Positions 57,543-64,000 of a DNA stretch of 64,000 nucleotides are shown piece by piece. Both the position numbers and the translations under genes were made by a program. Position 1 is the stretch's first letter. Each line of letters opens with the position of its first letter. The DNA lies in the IMG/VR virus record IMGVR_UViG_3300050142_000050, positions 32,001 to 96,000 of that record, one strand, 5' to 3'. Origin of the DNA: a virus. Its lineage: Duplodnaviria; Caudoviricetes. The notes under the pieces are model-generated. The model was not told the origin of the DNA, ran no database searches, and worked only from the letters and a program-made list of their open reading frames with translations.

Positions 57543-58256
57543 GTGTTGTTTTTCAAACGAGGAAAAGATGGAGGGCCCGATTCGAATGTTTTCGGGCTCT
57601 ACATCATCGAGATCAAATGGCTCTTCTCCATCGTCCTCTTACGATTCGATGGGGAGAGTCGTGAGGCTTTTCACACACATGCCTTCAATTCGATGGCATG
57701 GCTCCTGAAAGGCCAGCTCCGTGAGAAGATGAAGGATGGACGTGAGTTCATCTATCGACCTTCTCTGTGGCCTTTCTTCATCACCAGACGAGACTACCAC
57801 AAGGTGTCTTCGGATACTCCATCCTCTTGGGTACTCAACTTCCGAGGTCCTTGGAAGAAAGAGTGGCTCGATCACGATCAGAAGACTGGTGTGACTAGTA
57901 TCTTGAGGAATGGACGTAGTGTCGCCGATAGTTACTCTGAAGAGATCAGACCATCGACCGACCGTAGTCGCCTGGAGAAGGAAAACTCACGGCTCAGTTC
58001 TGAGCTTCTCGAGTGCAAAGAAGCACTGTCAGAGAAGAGCGGTATGTATCTCGACGCAGTCGATTGGTTGAAAGTTGGTATCTCTGGATACCCGGCTGTC
58101 CTCCTAAATCAGCTGCGCCGTGAGAGGTTTCCCAACCCAGCGTCATCGGACTTCCCTCGACTGAAAGAGTTTGCGAAGACACTTTCGGCATCGGATGTGG
58201 CGACATGGCCCGATTATGCAAGAGCTGATCTCAAAGCCTTTGTCGAAAGCGAATGA
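57543..58256 (+). CDS. Cupin-like N-terminal domain protein (237 aa)
   Basis: FHTHAF...LLKGQLRE...YHKV...WVLNFRGP. Confidence 0.6.
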   Translation: MLFFKRGKDGGPDSNVFGLYIIEIKWLFSIVLLRFDGESREAFHTHAFNSMAWLLKGQLREKMKDGREFIYRPSLWPFFITRRDYHKVSSDTPSSWVLNFRGPWKKEWLDHDQKTGVTSILRNGRSVADSYSEEIRPSTDRSRLEKENSRLSSELLECKEALSEKSGMYLDAVDWLKVGISGYPAVLLNQLRRERFPNPASSDFPRLKEFAKTLSASDVATWPDYARADLKAFVESE

Positions 58257-58259
58257 CAT

Positions 58260-58589
58260 ATGGGTCGATATACCGAGAATCTCCTACGGAGACGAAATAA
58301 GAAATCACGACTCATGAACAAGAAGCCGGAGGTACTACCCTGTGAGGAGTATCTTTCGGCATGTGGAGTCATGATCGATGGGAATCTCTATTCAGGTTAC
58401 CGCACACATCAGGCCCTCATGGAAGCCCATTCTCTGGAGGGAGTCCATGAGCGTGAGAAAGGGTATGTGACATCGACTGGTAGATTCGTCAGTCGGCGTG
58501 AAGCATGTGAAATCGGAATCGACTCTGGTCAAGTACAACCAGGTCCCATCCGAGACATCCTGTCGTGCGATATAACCTGGGTGGATTGA
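58260..58589 (+). CDS. Conserved phage hypothetical protein (109 aa)
   Basis: GYVTSTGRFVSRREA...GQV motif. Confidence 0.6.
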   Translation: MGRYTENLLRRRNKKSRLMNKKPEVLPCEEYLSACGVMIDGNLYSGYRTHQALMEAHSLEGVHEREKGYVTSTGRFVSRREACEIGIDSGQVQPGPIRDILSCDITWVD

Positions 58590-58634
58590 GGAGAGAACCT
58601 AACCATCATATAGTCCTCCAGTAGGAGTAGTGCG

Positions 58635-58988
58635 ATGGCTAAGGTATCGAATATTTTGAGATCCACGACAGATGGATATGTCTTCTTCTGTCCTGGATGC
58701 AAGAACATGCACCAGGTGCGCGTTAAGGGCACTCCGGCGTGGGGATGGAATGGGAGTCTGGATAAGCCTACTTTCTCTCCTTCCATCCTCATTAGGTCAG
58801 GTCACCATGTACCTGGGCATGAGGGAAGTCAATGTTACTGTACTTGGGATGATAAGGAAGAGTTTCCTGATCTCAAGTGTGGGGTATGTCACTCATATGT
58901 GACGGATGGTAACATTCAGTTCCTCAGCGACTGTACGCATGAGCTTGCGGGGCAGACTGTTCCTATTCCCGATTTACCTGGCGAGTGA
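58635..58988 (+). CDS. DUF6527-like Cys/His zinc-binding protein (117 aa)
   Basis: FFCPGCKNMH, WGWNGSLDKPTFSPSI, CHSYVTDGNIQFLSDCTHELAGQTV. Confidence 0.7.
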   Translation: MAKVSNILRSTTDGYVFFCPGCKNMHQVRVKGTPAWGWNGSLDKPTFSPSILIRSGHHVPGHEGSQCYCTWDDKEEFPDLKCGVCHSYVTDGNIQFLSDCTHELAGQTVPIPDLPGE

Positions 58989-58991
58989 GGT

Positions 58992-59017
58992 GGTAGGAGG
59001 GCGTGAGCCCTCCTACC
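58992..59017 (+). terminator. GNRA hairpin
   Basis: GGTAGGAGGGC-GTGA-GCCCTCCTACC. Confidence 0.65.
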
Positions 59018-59111
59018 TACTCTATCTATCCAAAAGATTCGAAAGCTCATATCACCTTAATGGAGAATAGGTAGTGAGTAGACTATCATCCTCTATCTAA
59101 GGAGAAAGATT

Positions 59112-59543
59112 ATGGCACACATCGTCCACGATACCAATGCACTTTCCACCAATCCCAATTTCACAAGCACACATCTCTGTGTGGTAGAATCGAAAAATGA
59201 TGTCGACTTCCTCACAAACGGTGCGACTGTGTACGGCCCGTTCGGTTCGGAATCCGATGCCGAGGCGTTCATCGACGACTCGTCGTGCGGTCTTTACATT
59301 ACCGTCCCCATGACAACCACCTGTCCTGACAATACGTTCAAGTCAGTCGGCTTCTCGCGGAATAGTGGGGTATGTATCATCGCGGCACTGAACGGTAAGA
59401 ACTACCTCTCTGGTGGTTCGCACTTCGTCGGCCCGTTCACAACCAATGACGAAGCTCGGGCGTGGGCAAAAGAACATATCACTGATACTCCTTACGACAA
59501 CCCATATTGGGAAGTCATTCCGATGCAGGTCATCCTCGACTGA
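59112..59543 (+). CDS. Hypothetical protein with internal two-fold repeat (143 aa)
   Basis: LCVV...VYGPFGSESDAEAF and VCII...FVGPFTTNDEARAW; AAGGAG RBS; CATATCAC at 59048. Confidence 0.65.
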   Translation: MAHIVHDTNALSTNPNFTSTHLCVVESKNDVDFLTNGATVYGPFGSESDAEAFIDDSSCGLYITVPMTTTCPDNTFKSVGFSRNSGVCIIAALNGKNYLSGGSHFVGPFTTNDEARAWAKEHITDTPYDNPYWEVIPMQVILD

Positions 59544-59561
59544 CAAGTCGTCTCTGAACAA

Positions 59562-59606
59562 GGTAGGGAGGCTCGCGCCTCCCTACCCCATATCCCTTTA
59601 TTTTTT
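59562..59606 (+). terminator. Hairpin plus spaced TTTATTTTTT
   Basis: GGTAGGGAGGC-TCGC-GCCTCCCTACC. Confidence 0.7.
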
Positions 59607-59700
59607 GAAAACCAGAATCAAAAAAATACATCACTATATCACCACAGTGAAGTTAAGGTAATGAATGGTTCGTTATCGACTTTCTAAGGAGTGTCCTAAC

Positions 59701-60333
59701 ATGTCCGCAATCAATTTCGCAATCAACGGTGCCCCTATCCACATGACCTTCCGTTACAACGAACATCTCGGTTTCGACGGATCGGTCCTGATCTCCTCGA
59801 TCTATTCTTTCGCAAAGATCGCACTGAAGAAGCTGGGGGATCACGAAAAGCTCGACGAATATCACGCAGTGATCGATCGGCTGATCTCGATGGAGAATCC
59901 CCTGATGTCCCTCGAAGAAGCCGACATCTACGTCTCGTCGTTCAGTTATCTTCTCCCCGAAGAGATCGGTGATATCACCTCGAACTACAGTGAAGTGTTC
60001 AGCAAGAATGTTGCTGCTCTTCAGCAGCAGCGCACCGCTACCATGACGTTCCCCAACATCTCGCCCATGTTCGTCAATCTCGTGAAGAGCCAGGCCGGTG
60101 CACTGATGACTCTCCCTACCGCAGACCGCGAGGCTATGGGTCTGACGATCGATACTGATGAAGCGATGACTCAGCAGTTTGATCGCATGGAGAAGTTCTT
60201 CAGCAACAGCGATTTCACCGATGATGAATTCTGGAACATGATGGGTGAGTTTATCACCACCGAGCAAGTTACCTGGATTCGCACCGCCGCAGAAGTCGCC
60301 TACAATTCGCCTGTGATGCAACCCGCCAACTAA
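59701..60333 (+). CDS. Hypothetical early-type protein (210 aa)
   Basis: AAGGAG RBS at 59686; TATATCAC at 59635; C-ending codon bias. Confidence 0.65.
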   Translation: MSAINFAINGAPIHMTFRYNEHLGFDGSVLISSIYSFAKIALKKLGDHEKLDEYHAVIDRLISMENPLMSLEEADIYVSSFSYLLPEEIGDITSNYSEVFSKNVAALQQQRTATMTFPNISPMFVNLVKSQAGALMTLPTADREAMGLTIDTDEAMTQQFDRMEKFFSNSDFTDDEFWNMMGEFITTEQVTWIRTAAEVAYNSPVMQPAN

Positions 60334-60373
60334 CTTCCTACGTGGTGTGGACATATGTCCACACCACTATTGA
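60334..60373 (+). repeat. Intergenic hairpin element, copy 1
   Basis: CTTCCTAC-GTGGTGTGGAC-ATAT-GTCCACACCAC-TATTGA directly after the stop codon. Confidence 0.75.
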
Positions 60374-60408
60374 ATTTAGTCCTAAGCCAATATACAAGGA
60401 GAATACAC

Positions 60409-60729
60409 ATGACCACTCTCGAAATCAACATCGCTATCGTCGTGACCATGATCATCATGGTCGCAGCTCACAGCCTCTATCAGGCTATCCGCTTCAGGTA
60501 CATCCCCATGATCCATCATCTGCGTGCACTCCGCAAGAACGCAATCTCGATCACCTCCTCGATCGTCTGGAGCGCGATCTGCGTGTACTTCGATCTGCAC
60601 ACTGTTTCCATGATCTGCCTGGGCATCACTGTTATCGGTGCCGTGATCCTGCTCATCGGTGACATCCTGTCGGTACTCAATGTCAAGTTTATCAACCAGG
60701 GCTTCGAAGCCGTCATCCGCATGCAGTAA
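60409..60729 (+). CDS. Three-TM small membrane protein (106 aa)
   Basis: Three hydrophobic segments; AAGGAG RBS. Confidence 0.65.
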   Translation: MTTLEINIAIVVTMIIMVAAHSLYQAIRFRYIPMIHHLRALRKNAISITSSIVWSAICVYFDLHTVSMICLGITVIGAVILLIGDILSVLNVKFINQGFEAVIRMQ

Positions 60730-60733
60730 CTAT

Positions 60734-60772
60734 CTTCCTACGTGGTGTGGGACTTACCCACACCACTATTGA
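60734..60772 (+). repeat. Intergenic hairpin element, copy 2
   Basis: CTTCCTAC-GTGGTGTGGG-ACTTA-CCCACACCAC-TATTGA. Confidence 0.75.
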
Positions 60773-60810
60773 GAATAGTTCCAACCAATCTTCAAATCAA
60801 GGAATTCACT

Positions 60811-61032
60811 ATGTTCGGTTTTAACACCAAGAAGCCTGCTCCCATGACCGATGCTCAGATCAAGGAGATGGCGTCCAAGATGACTGTCGAAGAAGCTGTT
60901 GCATATACAAAGGCGGCATCTGACAATGCTGCACGCGATATCGAGCGCGGCCATATGGTCCTCAAAGCGATCACCACAGTTACCATGACCACTGTAGCCG
61001 TAGTCGGAGCTCTCGCTCTCCTCACAAAGTAA
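60811..61032 (+). CDS. Small protein with C-terminal TM helix (73 aa)
   Basis: AAGGA RBS; TVAVVGALALL. Confidence 0.6.
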   Translation: MFGFNTKKPAPMTDAQIKEMASKMTVEEAVAYTKAASDNAARDIERGHMVLKAITTVTMTTVAVVGALALLTK

Positions 61033-61046
61033 TAGAGGATAAACAG

Positions 61047-61211
61047 ATGTCAAAGTCCATCTCGAAGTTCGATTCCTATATCGAACAAGCTCGCAACAAG
61101 AAGCCCTCTGATAAACCTTCCAATAGCGACGCTGTGAAGGTCACCCTCGAGTCGGTGATCGGAGTACTCATCGAATCGGCTAAGAACGGTATCGATCCTA
61201 GCCAGAAGTAA
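61047..61211 (+). CDS. 54-aa protein not in ORF track (MSKSISKFDSYIEQARNKKPS...)
   Basis: GAGGA RBS at 61035; fills the gap between neighbours. Confidence 0.55.
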   Translation: MSKSISKFDSYIEQARNKKPSDKPSNSDAVKVTLESVIGVLIESAKNGIDPSQK

Positions 61212-61237
61212 TACCCCCCCCCCAAGGAGAATGTCCT

Positions 61238-61519
61238 ATGCCTGGTGATTATCTCAACCGGAACAACGCACGCTGGTTGGCTCACAGTGCCAAAACTTTC
61301 AGCATGGAGTACAATGGAGATCGTAAAGAGTTCTTCTTTACCATCAATCACAACTTCCCCATCCCGGAGGCGCGTCGCCATGACTGGGTACCGTGCTCCT
61401 ACAACTCCGTCGATATCGACTATTTCGACAAGACTCTGAAGGATCTCCTGGGCGAGGGCTATACGGAAATCAATCCTTATACCACCTGGCCCGAGTTGTG
61501 TACGCCAAACGAGTCGTAG
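61238..61519 (+). CDS. Hypothetical protein (93 aa)
   Basis: AAGGAG RBS; ends at the bidirectional hairpin. Confidence 0.6.
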   Translation: MPGDYLNRNNARWLAHSAKTFSMEYNGDRKEFFFTINHNFPIPEARRHDWVPCSYNSVDIDYFDKTLKDLLGEGYTEINPYTTWPELCTPNES

Positions 61520-61520
61520 A

Positions 61521-61567
61521 TAGGAGGGAGGGCATAAGCCCTCCCTCCTACTCTCCCTTTATTTTTT
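61521..61567. terminator. Imperfect bidirectional hairpin plus spaced T-tract
   Basis: GGAGGGC-ATAA-GCCCTCC core; TTTATTTTTT at 61558. Confidence 0.6.
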
Positions 61568-61568
61568 G

Positions 61569-62135
61569 TCACTGTTTGGAAAAGTCAGGTTCCCAATAAG
61601 TACCGAAACACAGGTCGGTCTCACCGACCCTACGCTCGATCAGATTGGAGATCTGACAGTAGTATTTTGTAGTACCAGGTTTAGGCTTACAATATGCACC
61701 CTTCTTAGGTCGATCATACGTTCCCCATACCCAGTACCCGGTAAACGACTCACAGGCCTTCTTGATGTCTCCTGCGGCAAAATAGACGGACATAGGAGAA
61801 CCCTCCCATGCTCCGATCCCTGCATTGAGAGTGAAGTCACCAGCTGCTTGGAGACCTGGAGTATATTTGAGGAGTTCAGGATTCTTCTTGGCCACAAAAG
61901 ACATGGCCTTAGTCATGTCCTTTTGGTAGTAATGACGACAGGTTTCCTTACTGGCCACATCTCCTAGATGCACTCCTTCGGCGTGTCCATTACAGATAGA
62001 CACATGACCTGTATCATCAACATAGGCTTTGTAGACTTCACCTTCAAAGCCTATGGTAAAGGTAGCCACCGCTGCGACAGAAAGAGCTATCACAGCCAGC
62101 ACACCTGCTTCAGATTTGGGATCATGATGAGTCAT
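61569..62135 (-). CDS. GH24 (T4/P21-type) lysozyme with N-terminal signal-anchor-release-like segment
   Basis: GVLAVIALSVAAVATFT followed by FEG....YVDDTGHVSICNGH; AAGDFTLNAGIG and RRVGETDLC match the P21-like pattern. Confidence 0.8.
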   Translation of the reverse strand: MTHHDPKSEAGVLAVIALSVAAVATFTIGFEGEVYKAYVDDTGHVSICNGHAEGVHLGDVASKETCRHYYQKDMTKAMSFVAKKNPELLKYTPGLQAAGDFTLNAGIGAWEGSPMSVYFAAGDIKKACESFTGYWVWGTYDRPKKGAYCKPKPGTTKYYCQISNLIERRVGETDLCFGTYWEPDFSKQ

Positions 62136-62212
62136 ATCCCCAACCTCCTTTCATAGGTGGTGGAAAATCATAAAATACCATATGTGTAGTAATGGGACAG
62201 GAGTCTTCGGTA

Positions 62213-62524
62213 ATGAGGCGACGTACTCGTTATGATGACATTGTCCAAGAGGCGTACAATCGAGCATTAGTCGCTATTTTGGAACCTGTCATCACCAAAG
62301 TGTTTTCCGACGAAGCCATCACATTCCACATCCACTCCGAATTGAATGAGAATATCACCATCTCTCTAGTAGGTCACAGTACTGAAATAGGTGTCACCCT
62401 TTCTCATTTGATAAGAGACCAGATATGCTGGTGCATAGTCGATGATAACTCTCCTCCGGGTGAGGATATACTCATCGTCCACTGTGGTCAGAACAGAGCT
62501 TATATCTTTTTGAAATATGAGTAG
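62213..62524 (+). CDS. Hypothetical protein (103 aa)
   Basis: AGGAG RBS at 62199; followed by a hairpin. Confidence 0.5.
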   Translation: MRRRTRYDDIVQEAYNRALVAILEPVITKVFSDEAITFHIHSELNENITISLVGHSTEIGVTLSHLIRDQICWCIVDDNSPPGEDILIVHCGQNRAYIFLKYE

Positions 62525-62528
62525 CGTA

Positions 62529-62557
62529 AGGGGGAGGGGCATGTAGCCCCTCCCCCT
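62529..62557 (+). terminator. GC-rich hairpin
   Basis: AGGGGGAGGGGC-ATGTA-GCCCCTCCCCCT. Confidence 0.6.
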
Positions 62558-62592
62558 CTCATCCTATGCTACATTTTTCAGGAGTAAGTCCT

Positions 62593-64000
62593 GTGAGACT
62601 CTTAGAACGTACTGCTAAGCTTTTCGGAATGGTCTCTGTGAAACAGAGAGGTAACATCGTCCATGTATCTGGACTCGATGGTACTATCGTGGGATCGCAT
62701 ATCGCCCAGATCTGGAAGACCAAGTATTTCAACAAATACATGTTCAGTCAGATAACGGACACATCTCTGACACTCCCCGCATTCTTCGTACCAGACTTCC
62801 TCTATATGCTCAGTATGATCAAGGTGTCACATGACATACCTTGGTATGCTAAACGCTACATCATCAAGATCATCGATGGAATCGAGAAGAACACCTGGTG
62901 GAAACATACTCTACTGGATCATCCTTCAATCATCGATGAGAAACGACTCAATCTTCTCAAGTGGTCTCCTTTGGTAAAACAAAGAGAGTTCCTCGATCTA
63001 TACGGAGAACGCCTTCCTAAATACGACCTGCGTGGATATCTCCTAGCAGCAGCGCCAGGCACGGGCAAGACCTTTGCGGCACTCATGGTGGCTACATGCC
63101 TCATAAAACCATCGGTAGCAGAGGTAAAAATCATCATCTCTCCAAAGAAGGCTCTCCATCTCGTTTGGGAAAAATCAGTACGAGATGTCTTCAAGAAAGC
63201 TCCTACTTATTGGACATCGGACTCACCAGGAGTATGCCCCTACCATGGGGTCGAGTATTACATATTCCACTACGAGAAACTAGCAGAGGCTAACAAGCTG
63301 GCTGACTATCTCGAATCACAGAAGCGAACCTTCTTTGTGGTGGTGGATGAGTCCCACAACTTCGCTGACGATAAGTCCAATCGGACGAAGTCTCTAGTAG
63401 AGCTACAGACCAAAAAGAAGGATTCCTATTTCCTCTGGCTATCTGGGTCCCCTATCCTTAAGTCAGCTGCTGAGCTCACTTCATTCCTAGCATGCTCTGA
63501 TAAATGGTTCGATGCAGATGCTGCTCGTAGGTTCAAGAAGATCTTCAGTGCATCACCAGGAGCTGCTGCTGAAGTCTTCAGACATCGTCTGGGACAACAG
63601 ATGGCATTTAGTGTGCCTAAGTCAGAAGTCTCCAAGTCAAAACCGACTATCAAAGAACTCCCTATCAGATTACCTCCCAATAAGGCTCATCCCTTTTTGA
63701 TGAGCACTGTACGAGAGGATATGAAGGCCTTCATCGCGGAGCGTCTCAAGTTCTACGAGCCTAAGATGAAAGAGTATCGAGCCTATGTCCAAAAGTGGCT
63801 CGATCATCATGAGAAGAGACTCAGGACTAAGGAAGACAAAAGGCGGTTCCAGGAATATCTTCGTTGTATCAAACTCATCAGTCGCAATATGGACAAGATG
63901 ATGATCGACGAGATGGCTTTTGCAAAGAAGTACGAGCGTCAACATCTCATGCCGGATATCCCCCTGCATGAGAGAAAGATATTCCGAGCTAAGCTCTCTG
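62593..64000 (+). CDS. SF2 (SNF2/DEAD-like) helicase, 3'-truncated by window edge and absent from the ORF track
   Basis: Manual translation is open from GTG 62593 to the window end: YLLAAAPGTGKT (Walker A), VVVDESHNF (Walker B), WLSGSPI (motif III); GGAG RBS at 62581. Confidence 0.8.
   Translation, partial: MRLLERTAKLFGMVSVKQRGNIVHVSGLDGTIVGSHIAQIWKTKYFNKYMFSQITDTSLTLPAFFVPDFLYMLSMIKVSHDIPWYAKRYIIKIIDGIEKNTWWKHTLLDHPSIIDEKRLNLLKWSPLVKQREFLDLYGERLPKYDLRGYLLAAAPGTGKTFAALMVATCLIKPSVAEVKIIISPKKALHLVWEKSVRDVFKKAPTYWTSDSPGVCPYHGVEYYIFHYEKLAEANKLADYLESQKRTFFVVVDESHNFADDKSNRTKSLVELQTKKKDSYFLWLSGSPILKSAAELTSFLACSDKWFDADAARRFKKIFSASPGAAAEVFRHRLGQQMAFSVPKSEVSKSKPTIKELPIRLPPNKAHPFLMSTVREDMKAFIAERLKFYEPKMKEYRAYVQKWLDHHEKRLRTKEDKRRFQEYLRCIKLISRNMDKMMIDEMAFAKKYERQHLMPDIPLHERKIFRAKLS

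Noticed and set aside
60334-60772. CRISPR array
   Set aside because: Only two repeat copies, separated by a full 106-aa gene; no cas genes.
1-64000. tRNA, rRNA, PhuZ tubulin, DNA polymerase, major capsid or terminase genes
   Set aside because: No cloverleaf or diagnostic motifs recognised by eye; presumably elsewhere in the genome. A tRNAscan run would be needed to exclude tRNAs.

Overview
This is a 64-kb segment of a nucleus-forming jumbo phage (phiKZ-like, Chimalliviridae); no cellular housekeeping genes, rRNA, tRNA or CRISPR array were seen. From about 1 to 38 kb it carries the recognisable core block: a chimallin (ChmA)-like nuclear shell gene, then non-virion RNA polymerase subunits (phiKZ gp55-, gp68-, gp71-73- and gp74-like), SbcD, a ChmC-like protein, an SF2 helicase and conserved virion genes. 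Two RNAP subunit genes are each interrupted, exactly at a catalytic motif, by an ORF-less group I intron of about 360 nt (9261-9627, 26668-27028), and the two introns are closely related. From about 38 to 64 kb it is accessory: dcd, thyA, a SLOG plus NADAR-like pair, a beta-helix tailspike, a six-module J-like fibre with an internal 49-bp direct repeat, a SAR-type lysozyme, small early-type genes and a truncated SF2 helicase missing from the ORF track. The most unusual unexplained element is a gene-free locus at about 55.5-56.2 kb: an approximately 86% AT core of back-to-back palindromes abutting an approximately 84% GC tract, a candidate origin, packaging or anchoring site. All family assignments come from motif recall and synteny, not database searches.
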